Below, in pieces: positions 1 through 10,405 of a stretch of 64,000 nt of DNA. The notes under the pieces are model-generated. The model made no database searches. It was not told the origin of the DNA and worked only from the letters and a program-made list of their open reading frames with translations. The stretch is from NCBI GenBank assembly GCA_963804995.1, contig CAWDSK010000009.1, forward strand, positions 256,001 to 320,000, read 5' to 3'. This stretch comes from an uncultured Acidobacteriota bacterium. Its GTDB lineage: Bacteria; Acidobacteriota; Terriglobia; UBA7540. Each line of letters begins with the position of its first letter. Within the stretch, counting starts at the first letter, position 1. A program made the translations under genes and the position numbers.

Positions 1-242
1 GAAGATCCGGGGAGGAACGCGAACTACACGTTCCTCCGCGCTACCCCCCTTTTGCCAAAGTCGATTCGTCGGCAGGGCCGACGCCAAGGGATAGTCGGAA
101 TTGGCTGTATAGGCATGGGCATGCGGCAGCGCTGCGACAACTTCGCGCTCTACACGGATAGGATGATGGCAGACCACTCGATAAAATGCTTCGCTTAGCA
201 CGACAACTGTCGGCTGCAAGCTGTGAACCCTTCTGGCGCCGG

Positions 243-380
243 TTGGCTGGCGCAGACTCCTGGTTTTGGGAGTCTGCGATCCCGAAGGGACTTCGCATTA
301 ATGACCGTAGCGCCCACCTGATCGCCGCTACGGCTGCTTTGGGATCGCAGACACCAAAGAACGGGTGTCTGCGCCAGCCA
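243..380. repeat. Composite palindromic (REP/BIME-like) element: two inverted GCAGAC..GTCTGC hairpins around a GTAGCG..CGCTAC core
   Basis: TGGCTGGCGCAGACTCC..GGAGTCTGCGATCCC and its inverted counterpart GGGATCGCAGACACC..GGTGTCTGCGCCAGCCA. Related hairpins at ~16475, 17767, 28160, 29219 and 31204. Confidence 0.75.
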
Positions 381-570
381 GCGAATCTTCGGATCGTCGC
401 CGTCATCAGTATTCATGCGCCAGCCAGCCCCCCCTCGCAGTGCCCCCGACACTCCCCCGTATCGTTATCGGCGGTGGCCTTGACGAGGATGAAACTTATT
501 TTGAGTTGGGAACTCGGCGCAGTACTGCCTTCGTGAAATTTGCGGCCCAGGAGGTGGAGGGTTGAAAGGA

Positions 571-645
571 CCCCCTCACCCGGCCCGCCCCGGCTGGTGT
601 AAACGCCGGTTGCGGTCCACCCTCTCCCCCAAAGGGGCGAGGGAT
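571..645. repeat. Dispersed palindromic repeat family A (CCCCTCACCCG...CCACCCTCTCCC..GGGAGAGGG), first of ~9 copies
   Basis: Near-identical copies in both orientations at ~1665, 1819, 16741, 31283/31343, 54697, 54912 and 55623, all intergenic. Confidence 0.85.
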
Positions 646-733
646 GTTAGTCGATGCCAGTCCCTAGCCCCGAGAACCCAGCACCCAGCCCCTAATCCCC
701 AGCCCCCAGAACCCAGCACCTGACCCCCAGCCC

Positions 734-1518
734 CTAGCCCCGCGCCGGATGGGAAACGATTCGCCGGGAAATCTCCTGGGCAGCGGACTTCACAACATTT
801 CCCAGGGAAGCAGTCTTCTGTGGCGTGATTCGGCTGGTGGGGCCGGAGATGCTCACCGCGGCCACGGCGATTCCTCTTTTATCCACGATGGGCGCGGCGA
901 TGCAGCGCAGCCCCAGCACGCTTTCCTCGTTATCGACGGCATAGCCCGCCTTGTGAATCACATTCAATTCGCGGGTCAACTGTGCGGCGGAGGTGATGGT
1001 GTTGGGCGTGAACACCTGGAAGCGCAGAGTTCTTACGATCATCTCGCGCTGGTCGGGTGGCAGGAAGGCCAGCATGGCTTTGCCCAGGGCCGTGCGGTGC
1101 AGGATGGCCCGCATGCCGACATTGTTCACCAGGCGAAAATCGTGCGGGCTTTCCAGGCAATCGATATAGACGACGTTCGAGTCCCTCCAGGACCGCCAGG
1201 TTGATCGTCTCCTGCGTGACCCGCCAGAGTTCCCACAACGACTCCCGGGCGATTTCCCGCAGGGGCGCCTGCACGTGATAATCGCTTCCCAGCCGCAGGA
1301 GTTTCGGCCCCAGGCTATACTCTCCCTTATCATCCCGCCGGAGATATTCTTCCTTTTCTAAATGTGTGAGCAGGCGGAAGGCCGTGCTTTTGTTGATGCC
1401 CGCTTGCACGCTGACCTCATGGAGAGATAAGGGCGAGCGGGAATCCTTCGAGCAAGTCGATGATCCGCAGGGTCTTGGTCAGAACCCCCACGGGTTTCGA
1501 TTTTCTTGGTCCGCGCAT
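734..1518 (-). pseudogene. IclR-family transcriptional regulator with two frameshifts (~1448, ~1177), possibly sequencing errors
   Basis: Three frames join into one IclR: MRGPRKSKPVGVLTKTLRIIDLL / SLHEVSVQAGINKSTAFRLL (HTH) / LHRTALGKAMLA..GYAVDNEESVLGLRCIAAPI..AAVSISGP. Confidence 0.85.
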
Positions 1519-2020
1519 GAGTCTCCGCTACGAAGGTTTCAAGTTACATTTTACAGTATAAAACGTCGACGGCATACCTCCCTGCGAAAGACGAGTTTCT
1601 TCTGTCACGCGAAGAACCCAGTTCGGTGTGGTGTGTTATCGTGCTGGCGGGGGCGGCGAAGAGACCCCTCACCCGTCCCGCCCCGGCTGATGAGAACGCC
1701 GGCAGCGGTCCACCCTCTCCCCCTGGAGAGGGTGGCTAATCTTTCTTTGTGGTCTCCCTGCAACTGGGGTGGCGAGTGTGGGTACTTTTCAACCTCAAGG
1801 GATAGAAGTCAGAATCATAGCCCTCTCCGAGGGGAGAGGGTGGACCGCTGCCGGCGTTTTTACGAGCCGGAGCGGGACGGGTGAGGGGTCACTCCCGGCG
1901 GGACGCTCACCCCAATAAAGCGGGGCCAATAAATTCAAATCAACGCTCACGCTCGCTCAGTGGCTTGGGAGCTTCAGCGGGTGTACACTCTCGTGGCAAT
2001 CTTAAGAACGGAGCCTTCGC

Positions 2021-2893
2021 ATGAGAAAATCATTCGCAAGAATCACGCTAATCGCCCTCGTCATTTTCGGCGTTGGAGCTGTGTCGCCAGGCGTTGCTTA
2101 TGCCCAAAAGATCCAGCTAATTGTGCGCGGAGATGACTTGGGGATGACGCAGGGATCTCTCGCCGCCGTCGAAAAGGCGATGAATGAGGGCGTGATGACG
2201 GCCACGTCCATTATCGTGCCGGCGCCCTGGTTTGAAGGTGCGGCAGAGCTGGCGCGCCGGAATCCGGGCTGGTGTACGGGGATTCACCTTTGCTTCGTGG
2301 GCGAGTGGCGGGGCTACCGGTGGCGACCCGTTCTGCCTTGGGACAAAGTACGTTCGCTGGTGGATGGTGACGGTTATTTCTACGCCTCCCCGAAAGAACT
2401 TTACGCGCACCAACCGAAGCTCGAGGAAATCGACGCCGAGCTCCGGGCCCAGATGGATTTGGCGAAGAAGAAGGGCGTGAACATCCAATACGTCGATACC
2501 CACTACTTCGACACCGGGGACGAGGCGGGCCTGGACGCGCTGGTCACGAAGCTTGCCAGTGACTACCACGTCCCCCATTCCGAGCAGTTCGGGGAGAAGA
2601 TGATGCCGAATGTGTACACTGTCCCCATCAACGAAAAGTTGAAAAGTGCTGTGGAAACTTTGGAGAGCCTCGCGCCGGGCCTGTGGCTGTGGGTGTGCCA
2701 CGTCGGCATCGACTCCCCGGAACAGCGCGCCCTGATTCATACCGCGCCTGAAGACATTTTCGTGGACGGGGTCGGCCCGAATCGCGCTGAAGAACTCCGA
2801 GTGGTGACCAGCCTGGAGGTCAAGTCGGAGATCCTGAGAAAAGGGATTGACTTGGTGAATTACCGGGAGCTTTGGAACCACCGGCACCCCTGA
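2021..2893 (+). CDS. ChbG/YdjC/HpnK-family carbohydrate deacetylase with signal peptide
   Basis: LIVRGDDLG, GIHL, YVDTH and VCHVG motifs; N-terminal hydrophobic signal ending AYA. Confidence 0.85.
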   Translation: MRKSFARITLIALVIFGVGAVSPGVAYAQKIQLIVRGDDLGMTQGSLAAVEKAMNEGVMTATSIIVPAPWFEGAAELARRNPGWCTGIHLCFVGEWRGYRWRPVLPWDKVRSLVDGDGYFYASPKELYAHQPKLEEIDAELRAQMDLAKKKGVNIQYVDTHYFDTGDEAGLDALVTKLASDYHVPHSEQFGEKMMPNVYTVPINEKLKSAVETLESLAPGLWLWVCHVGIDSPEQRALIHTAPEDIFVDGVGPNRAEELRVVTSLEVKSEILRKGIDLVNYRELWNHRHP

Positions 2894-3015
2894 CGCGTTC
2901 GGCCTTGCTGCCGGGGTGGCGGGGATTCATCCCGGCAAGCAGGCCGTTTGAACCAAGGGCCGGGTGCGATTGGCGGTCCGATCAGATCGGACCCTGGCCT
3001 TTGGCCTTTTGCAGT

Positions 3016-4593
3016 TCAAGCATTGGCGTAGCAGAGGGCGGAGGCGAGGGGGAAGGTACAATTCTGGGGCTTCGTTGTAGAGGGTTGGGGAGGCGCGAAG
3101 CCGGAGAAATGATCGAGACCCAGTCCCCGGCCCCAGACCTCGGCGCGCAGTTGATGGATGGCGTGTTGGGTGGAGATGCGGGCAGTGGGGGCAGCGTGGA
3201 TCCACTTGGGGCGCGGCAGCAGGCCGTGGCGGGTACGGGCGAAGGCGCGATGGGTAGCGAGGAGCAAGAGGGCATAGGCGGCCACGGTGAAGGCGGGGGC
3301 AGACTCGACCGAATGGGGGGAGCGGACCTGGGCTTGGCCCACTCCCAGCAGAGTTTTTTCATCGCGGAAATTAACTTCAATGTCCCAGCGTTGGAAGTAA
3401 GTTGTGATGAGGAGTTGGGGGTCGAGGTTTTCGTCGGTGCAGAGGAGGAAGGCGGGTTGGCGATAGAGCAGCTTGGAACCTTGGCGCAGACGATAGGCGA
3501 GCGGCGCGATGACGACAAGTTGCAGGAATTGGTGGGCGCCGGCGGCACGCCACAGGAGGCCGGTGCGGCGCTTGAAGCGGAGTTGATGGGGAATGCCGTG
3601 ATGGGTAAAGGTCAAGGTCTGCCAGGGAGCATCGTCGGTGCGGACCTGCTCGGGAGTGGGAGCGGGAGGCCCGTAGCAGAGACGGCGACCGCGCGCCTTT
3701 TGGGTTTGGGGATCGGGCCGGAACAGCAACTGAGCATCTTTGCGGAGCCGGCCGATGGCGGTGGTATGGGGAGGAAGGCGTTTGAGGACGGTGCGGTTGG
3801 TGTATCCGCCATCGAAGGCGACGAGGAGAAGGCGCGAAGCGGAGGCGGGATTGGAGTCAAGGGCCGCACGCAGATCGTGGATTTGTTCGCTGGCGCGTTG
3901 ACCGAGGCGGGCAGCGCGCGCTTGGGTGCGGTACTGCTGCTGCTCGGCGGCGGGGGCCTGCCGGGAAGGCTTGCGGGGCGTGGGGGCATGGCGGAAAGCA
4001 ATGGGGAGCAAGCGGCAGGAGCCGTCGGGAGTGGGGAGCGCGAGGGAGGTTTGAAGAAAACGCTGGGCGCGCACGAAGTTGGTTTGAAAGCGCGGGCCCA
4101 GCGGGTCGCGGCGCCAAGCCACCCCGGGAGTGCGCCGACCGGAACGACGCAACAGCGAGTCATCGAGGAGGGCGCAGACGGGAGCGCCGGGTGCGAGTTC
4201 GCTCACCACCGCGCGGCGCACCACGGAGAAGAGCGCCTCAACCCGCAGACGGTGCTGGGAGAAGAGCCGGTAACTGGAGGTCCAGTCACGGAACTGCAGG
4301 CCGCAAGTGGTGAGCAGACCGGTCACGGTATGGCGTCCCAGACAAAGCAAGGTGCTCAGCGCGAGGGCTTGGGCGTGCGCGGCAACGCGGCGCTGGCGGA
4401 AGCCCGGGAAACATTGGCTCCAGAGTTGTTCGAGTTCGGCGAGGACGCCGGTAGAGTTTTTTTTAGCACGGAAGGCGGCGGCGAGGCTCGTCGCAGGGCC
4501 AGCAGACCTTTGTTTTCGACGAACCATTCGACCGATTCGCCGCGCGCAAACTCCATGGCTTGGGCGAGGGCGGAAGGAAAGTTGATGTACCAC
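3016..4593 (-). CDS. DDE transposase (IS4/IS701-like), probably entered by -1 frameshift from the upstream ORF
   Basis: LLDDS, FDGGY and YFQRWDIEVNFRDEK (YxxRWxIE) motifs. Confidence 0.85.
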   Translation of the reverse strand: MVHQLSFRPRPSHGVCARRIGRMVRRKQRSAGPATSLAAAFRAKKNSTGVLAELEQLWSQCFPGFRQRRVAAHAQALALSTLLCLGRHTVTGLLTTCGLQFRDWTSSYRLFSQHRLRVEALFSVVRRAVVSELAPGAPVCALLDDSLLRRSGRRTPGVAWRRDPLGPRFQTNFVRAQRFLQTSLALPTPDGSCRLLPIAFRHAPTPRKPSRQAPAAEQQQYRTQARAARLGQRASEQIHDLRAALDSNPASASRLLLVAFDGGYTNRTVLKRLPPHTTAIGRLRKDAQLLFRPDPQTQKARGRRLCYGPPAPTPEQVRTDDAPWQTLTFTHHGIPHQLRFKRRTGLLWRAAGAHQFLQLVVIAPLAYRLRQGSKLLYRQPAFLLCTDENLDPQLLITTYFQRWDIEVNFRDEKTLLGVGQAQVRSPHSVESAPAFTVAAYALLLLATHRAFARTRHGLLPRPKWIHAAPTARISTQHAIHQLRAEVWGRGLGLDHFSGFAPPQPSTTKPQNCTFPLASALCYANA

Positions 4594-4643
4594 TGCTCGC
4601 TCGCCTGGCGTTTGATAAGCTGTACTTTGGTAGGGAACCCCAT
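4356..4643 (-). CDS. AbrB/MazE-like small DNA-binding ORF inside the IS
   Basis: TKVQLIKR..QWYINFPSALAQAMEFARGESVEW resembles the swapped-hairpin AbrB pattern; AGGAGG RBS upstream. Confidence 0.65.
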   Translation of the reverse strand: MGFPTKVQLIKRQASEQWYINFPSALAQAMEFARGESVEWFVENKGLLALRRASPPPSVLKKTLPASSPNSNNSGANVSRASASAALPRTPKPSR

Positions 4644-4989
4644 GAGAAAAGCCTCCTTGAGGAATATCTAGTCATATAACTAGATATCAGAAGACTGGCT
4701 TTTCTGCAAGTAAATACTTTCCGACAGCCTTTATCTAGTTAAAGGCCAAAGTCCAGGGTCCGATCAGATCGGACCATCGGAGTCCAGAAATCGGAGGCGG
4801 GTGAGGAGGTAGGGCTCGGCATCGCGTTTTCGCTTAATCTACGCCTGCAGGCCCGCGACTTTTTGTCATAAGTGGGACAGTCCCACTTGTTGCTCTTAGC
4901 GGGGCATAGCGAGCGAGGTCCCACTTATTTCCCCAGCTTCATGCGTTTTTCCGTTGATTTTTCGTCAAGGACTCAAACGCACTACACTC

Positions 4990-6270
4990 CTACACAATCT
5001 CCTCGTGCTCAGCGTCCCAAGTCACTCGACGGCGCTCGCGATAAGATCGAATCGCCATCTGGCAGGCGATGGCCGCATTGAAGCCGAGTTCAAAGGGGCA
5101 ATTGGGTTGCTTGCGGGTGCGCATGCAATCGAAGAAGTTCGCAAAGTGAACGTCGGTCCCGTCATCCCGGCCAACAATGTCGGGAACCATGGACTCTGCG
5201 GGCGGAGGAGGCGCCGCAGGAGCGCCGGGAGTCGCCGGTCTGTGCCCCTGGCCTTCGGCGATGTACTCAGCACTAAACCGGCCGCGGATCACCGTTCCCT
5301 TGGTCCCCAGCAGGAAGTCGTCTTCCGCTTTGTAGTGGCGATTCCCGAACCCGGAATTCCAGGTGAAGAGGATCTTCTCCGACATCTCCATGGAAACGTC
5401 CATGGTGTCGGGCACTTCCATCCCGGGTGAAAGGTAATTGGCCCCGCTCATGGTCACCGCGGCAGGCGGCTTGAGGTCCAGCACCTTGGACCAGAAGCCC
5501 ACTTGGTGAACCATATTCTCAAACACGTTGCCACCGGCGTAATCCCAGAAGAAGCGCCAATTGATGACCCGGTTGGGATCGAATTCGCGCGGCGCGGATT
5601 CTCCCTGGAACATCTTCCAATCCACATGGGCGAGATCGCAATCGGCAGGAATCTCGCGCTTCCAGCCCCCGTAGCGCGCATTGCGCCACATGTGAGTGTG
5701 GATACCGGTGATGTCTCCCATCTTGTCCGGCGCGGCCAGTTCCTTCACCTTGCAGAAAACGTCGGCGCTGGTCGATTGCATGCCCACCTGCACGACGCGG
5801 TCAGAATCTTTAAACGCCCGCTGCATGCGCCGCGCGTGGTCAGGATTGAAGGCCATGGTCTTTTCCTGGTAAACGTCCTTGCCCGCTTGAATGGCCGGCA
5901 CAAAGTTCAGCGCGTGCTGGTGCTGCGGGGTCACAATCACCACCGCGTCAATGGATTTGTCATCCAGAAGCTTGCGGAAGTCCTGGTAAGTCTTGGCCCC
6001 GGGCGCGATGGTCTTGATTTCATCGAGGCGGCGCGTGTAGACATCGGCCGCGGCGACGCATTCAACATTGGGAGACTTCAAGGCCGCGCGCAGATCCTCC
6101 TGGGCGCGGTCTCCACAGCCAATCATCCCAAACCGAATGCGATCGTTCGCGCCGAACACCCGCTGGGGCTCAGCGAGAAAGGTAATCCCACTCATCGCCG
6201 CCAGACTCGCCCCGGCGGTCGCGCCACCTTTCAAGAAATCCCGGCGCGTTACTGCTGATTGCTTTGACAT
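4990..6270 (-). CDS. Gfo/Idh/MocA-family oxidoreductase with Tat signal
   Basis: TRRDFLK Tat motif; IRFGMIGCG, IDAVVIVTPQHQH, GKDVYQEKTM. Confidence 0.9.
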   Translation of the reverse strand: MSKQSAVTRRDFLKGGATAGASLAAMSGITFLAEPQRVFGANDRIRFGMIGCGDRAQEDLRAALKSPNVECVAAADVYTRRLDEIKTIAPGAKTYQDFRKLLDDKSIDAVVIVTPQHQHALNFVPAIQAGKDVYQEKTMAFNPDHARRMQRAFKDSDRVVQVGMQSTSADVFCKVKELAAPDKMGDITGIHTHMWRNARYGGWKREIPADCDLAHVDWKMFQGESAPREFDPNRVINWRFFWDYAGGNVFENMVHQVGFWSKVLDLKPPAAVTMSGANYLSPGMEVPDTMDVSMEMSEKILFTWNSGFGNRHYKAEDDFLLGTKGTVIRGRFSAEYIAEGQGHRPATPGAPAAPPPPAESMVPDIVGRDDGTDVHFANFFDCMRTRKQPNCPFELGFNAAIACQMAIRSYRERRRVTWDAEHEEIV

Positions 6271-6518
6271 GATTCCCTCCCTCAAATGCTTTGCAAAATC
6301 CACTGCCCCCGTTGGTTCTCACCCCATCAGGCGTCTTCAGGTTTGTGGCTCGCGATGTTGCCTGGGAGGAACGCCTGGGCACGGTCGACCTGCCCCTGGA
6401 TCCACTGACGATTAGGGCCCCGCAGTGGTTTCCCGCTGCACCGGTAATATACAAGAGGCCGCTCCCGCATTCAATGCTTCCGGCCGCAGGGGGCCGGCAG
6501 GTGGCGGGGCGGGGCCGG

Positions 6519-7844
6519 TTACCAGTCGTGGCATGCGGCGGGATGCGGGGGCGTGAAAGTGCCGCCGTGTTCGTGCCACCATGTTTGCCAGTTACTTTCA
6601 GCCCGCACCCACTCCTCGTGCGTGGGGTTTCCGGAAAGCGCAAGCTTGTGGCCCGTCAGGCCTTCCAACGCAAAGTTCGCAACCTGGCGAACCTGCGGTT
6701 CCGGATCCTTAAGCATGGCGATCAGCGGGAGAATGACCTCTTTCGTGCCCAGATTCTTCAACCCCAGGATGGCGTTCATCCGGTCGGTCACCTGTGCGGA
6801 ATGAAGGTATTCAAAAAGTGTCCGATAGACTCGTGCCGCGTGGAAGAATCCCAGCCCGTGCAGGACGTCACCACGCAGTGGTTCGCTGCTCCCAGGGAGC
6901 ATCTCGACCAGGGCGGGAAGGAACTCCGGGTCCGCTTTCTCTGCTAATAACAGCACCGCATAGGAGCGCACTGGCTCGTCATATCGAACCGCAGTAGCTT
7001 TACCTTCTAAATCTGTGGTGGCAGCCTGACCGCGTGCGGTCTTGAGAATGGCCTGCCAGGCTGCGGGCGTATTCAACCGTGCCAAGCCATTAAGGGCGTC
7101 GCGACGGTCCCAGCGATCAGGCTTTCCTGCATTCGCCATGGCCACCAATTGTTCCGTAAAAGACGGTTGCGGCAGATTGGTAACGACCAGCACCGCCTCC
7201 GCCGGGTTGGGGTTTTTAGGGTCGCGGATTGCATCGAGGTACGGTTTAAAAATGGCCTCGAGCTGAACTGCGGTGGAGGGCTTCACTTCGAAGCTCAGTT
7301 CATCCAGGGCCAATGCAAATGCAGCGGGTTTTTCCAGGAATTTCCCGGTGTGCGGATCGAGCGCCAGCAGTTTGAGTCGCCGCTCCGCGCGCACCTGGAA
7401 GCGGCCCGGGCCTCGGAATTGCGCCCACTGATTCAGCAGCCAACGTTCGGTGTGGATTTGTCCGGCAGGAAGCGTGACGGAGCCGTACACGACTGTGCCT
7501 GGCGCGCCTCCGCAGGGTTGGGGACCGGGGTCGTGCAGATTAATCCCTTTCGAGTTCCTCACCAGGAAATGTGGTTCCTGCTCATGGTCTTGCGCCAAGA
7601 CGCGACTAGGCGAGCGAAAGAGGAAGCCGAAAATCTGGCTCCCCGTATTGCTGATTTCAAAGTCGCAGAAGATCGGTTCGCCTGCCACGTATTCGGATTT
7701 TTCCATGCGGAATCGCGCCACATAATTCACTTGGGCAAGCGCCGGAGGGGGACAAAAACTTGTTGCCGCGAGCAGCAAGAGGAAGCCAACTTTTCCTGGG
7801 CACCAGGGGATTCGCCGGACCGCGCCGTCCATGTGGCCCATCAT
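6519..7844 (-). CDS. Exported HEAT-repeat-containing protein
   Basis: Signal peptide (ALA-Q); C-terminal HEAT-like repeats, e.g. VILPLIAMLKDPEPQVRQVANFAL. Confidence 0.7.
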   Translation of the reverse strand: MMGHMDGAVRRIPWCPGKVGFLLLLAATSFCPPPALAQVNYVARFRMEKSEYVAGEPIFCDFEISNTGSQIFGFLFRSPSRVLAQDHEQEPHFLVRNSKGINLHDPGPQPCGGAPGTVVYGSVTLPAGQIHTERWLLNQWAQFRGPGRFQVRAERRLKLLALDPHTGKFLEKPAAFALALDELSFEVKPSTAVQLEAIFKPYLDAIRDPKNPNPAEAVLVVTNLPQPSFTEQLVAMANAGKPDRWDRRDALNGLARLNTPAAWQAILKTARGQAATTDLEGKATAVRYDEPVRSYAVLLLAEKADPEFLPALVEMLPGSSEPLRGDVLHGLGFFHAARVYRTLFEYLHSAQVTDRMNAILGLKNLGTKEVILPLIAMLKDPEPQVRQVANFALEGLTGHKLALSGNPTHEEWVRAESNWQTWWHEHGGTFTPPHPAACHDW

Positions 7845-7960
7845 ACGCGAAAGTGGGACCGCAAGGGGTGTTTCTGTTAAGGGCCCAAAATTTGGTGGGA
7901 CGAAGCGCGCTATGCCGCTCTCCGCCGCGCATCTGGGACATCTTTTTGCAGTCCAGACGG

Positions 7961-8083
7961 CTAGTGCGGTGTCCGGTAATTAACTGGACATCGTAGCGCC
8001 CCGATCCATCGGGGCATTTGTCGGCAGGATGCCGGCGCTACGGCCAACACATTTGTCCAGCCATTTCGTGGACACTACACTAG
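7961..8083. mobile_element. MITE-like element with CTAG ends carrying a GTAG-REP hairpin
   Basis: CTAGTGCGGTGTCC...GGACACTACACTAG; related elements at 10518-10623 and 32258-32350. Confidence 0.6.
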
Positions 8084-10099
8084 CCGAACTTTCGCACTTC
8101 AGGGTGTTGAGTTGGGTTAACTCGCTTCTTTTCAGTACAGGCATTGCCAAGGTCTGGCCTACAAACGCAGCATTCCAGCAGGAAAGATTTCCGGCTGGAC
8201 CGTGATCCTGGGCGGTGGCTGAGTGGGGAGCACGAGCTGCAGTTCGTGCAACAGGAGCTTTTGTTCGGGTGTCGGCTCGGTGTAGCGGGGCATCACTAAT
8301 CGGCGCCCATCCGTGGTCGGGAAAGACACATCGAGCATCTGCATGCCCGCCAGCTTCTCCAGCACCGCTTTCGGCGTCAGGCCCGGAGCGTGGGCCTGCA
8401 GACGCTGTTTCAGCGTCACCCACAAGCCGTACGCCAGAAAGGCAATGAGGATGTGGGCCTCGACGCGATGTTCTATTTGATGATAAATCGGCCGAATTCC
8501 CAGCTCACTCTTCAAACACTTAAAGGCCGCTTCGATCTGCGCCAGTTGCATGTAGCGGTCCCACAACACCTCGGGATTTTCCCCCGTCAGATTGGTGCGC
8601 AACAGATAATGTCCATCGCGCCGCTCCGCTTCCTCCAACTTGCTGCGCTCGAGCCGGAACTGGAAGGTCTGGCGAGTCACTTCTTCCTGGGCCTTGGGCA
8701 CGCTGATCTTCACGAAACCGAAGGCCCGTCCGGCTTCACTCTTGGCTGCTCCGATCTTCATCAGCAACGCATCACGCGTCGGACACACGCGCCGCAAGGC
8801 CCGCAGCCTCCACAACAGCCGTGCCAGCTTGCGTCGACGGATGGCCATCTCTTTCGCCTGGCGGCCTGCGCTCTTCGCCAGCACATACAACTCGCCTTCC
8901 TCCGCGAACAGTTTCACCTCTACCGACTCGCGCACCTTCCGCCACGGCAGTTCCGTCCACTTCGCTTCGTACTGCCGGATCTTGCCCCGTGGCGTCCCCA
9001 CCAGGTAAAACATCTCCCGCCCCGGGGTGCGCATCTCCGCCAGCAGTTCTTCACTGGGAACTCCCCGATCCATCATCCACACCCGCCGTGCCTTGCCGTA
9101 CACGCTCTCGATCTTGTCCAGAAAACCGCGCAAGCTGTTCCGGTCGGAAGTATTCCCCTCCATCACTTCGTAGGCCAGCGGGAAACCTTCCGGCGTCAGC
9201 ACCAGGGCGATCACCACCTGCCGACAGTCGAACCGCCCGTCCCGGCTGTAACCGTGGCGGGCTTTGGGAATCGCTTCCGCCTCTCCTTCCACATAGGTGC
9301 TGGTGAGATCGTAGAGGAGCAGATCAAAGCGCGCCGCAAAGAGGTCTTGCCACCGCAGCCGCAGGTGCTGGAACAACTCCGCCTTGTGCGCCAGTATTCG
9401 ATCCAGACAACGATAGAGCCGGTCCTTCTCGGCCACCGCGAAGTTCACTGCCAGCAACTCGGCCATGGCGGTCTGATCGAACCAGTGCCGATGCACACGG
9501 AATTCGCTGCCCGGCTCGATCAACCGGTTCACCACCAGCAGCCGTAGCACCTTCTCCCACGGAACTCCCTCGCGCCCTTCCGGCAACCTCGCCTGCCAGA
9601 ACTCGTCCAGCTTCAACTGGCGCCACAGCTCGCAGCCCAACCAACAGCCACCGAAGGTGCGCGGCCGCTCAACGCGCATTTCACTCAACTTCACTTGTAC
9701 GCCGTCCACAGCATCCGCAGGAAGTTCGCGGTCCTCCGGGAAGAGGCTCAGGGACGCGAGGACGCGACGGTCCTCGTCAAAAACCTCCAGCGTCTTGCGC
9801 CACGCGGATTGTTGGCTGTCGTTGATTTCGCCCAGATACAGCACCGTCCGATGCACGACCTTCGAGCGCGACACGCGCCGACTCTCGAACGATGCTGAAA
9901 TAACGATGTTCCTTGCCGTCCTTTTTGCGTCGATGAATCTTCAGGTGCACGCCCCAGAATGCCAGACCTTCGCGCCCCAGAAAAGAGGGTAGGTCGGGCC
10001 TACAAGCACTCTTCAACCCGCGCCCATTGAAGGCAAAGACCTTGTGCACCGCAAGCTGCCAAAATCAGCCCGGTAGCGGGTGGAAGTGCGAAAGGCAGG
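8084..10099 (-). mobile_element. IS1634-family insertion sequence
   Basis: 17-bp imperfect TIRs CCGAACTTTCGCACTTC / GAAGTGCGAAAGGCAGG; CTAG directly on both sides. Confidence 0.85.
8159..9950 (-). CDS. IS1634-family transposase (1-nt frameshift near 9888)
   Basis: LLYDLTSTYVEG, HGYSRD, MDRG and IEAAFKCLKSELGIRPIYHQ; the N-terminus VHLKIHRRKKDGKEHRYFSIV lies in another frame. Confidence 0.9.
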
Positions 10100-10375
10100 C
10101 TAGACACATTGTCATCCTGTTTTACCATTTTTCATATTGTTGCTAACCATATTTGTTTTCAATAATCTCTCAGCTTTGGCAAACAGAAATCGCGAGCTGA
10201 CGCGCTTTGTTATCAATATGTTCTCAGCTTTGGGCATTTTTGGCGTCAAGCGACACATTGTCGACTAGAATGAACGGCTCAGACGGTGCGTTTTCGGTCT
10301 CATATTTACGCTTCACCACGGGGCCTCCCTACGGTGCGTTCCACGCCAAGTCCTTCGGGCAGTCGGCGCAGCCGG

Positions 10376-10405
10376 ATTATACCAATTAGTAAGGCTTATT
10401 GTCAA
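10376..10405 (-). promoter_or_regulatory. Consensus sigma70 promoter
   Basis: TTGACA-N18-TATAAT with TG extended -10 on the minus strand. Confidence 0.7.

Larger units (their letters stand above)
2994..4756 (-). mobile_element. IS element (IS4/IS701-like DDE) with ~16-bp terminal inverted repeats (TIRs), flanked by a duplicated 19-bp palindrome
   Basis: Ends CTGGCCTTTGGCCTTT / AAAGGCCAAAGTCCAG; GGTCCGATCAGATCGGACC at both 2975-2993 and 4757-4775. Confidence 0.8.

Noticed and set aside
1..565. Short ORFs at the window start
   Set aside because: They overlap palindromic repeats and show no recognisable protein motif.
2872..4671. 599-aa plus-strand ORF
   Set aside because: Antisense shadow of the GC-rich transposase.
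8390..9547. 385-aa plus-strand ORF
   Set aside because: Antisense to the IS1634 transposase.
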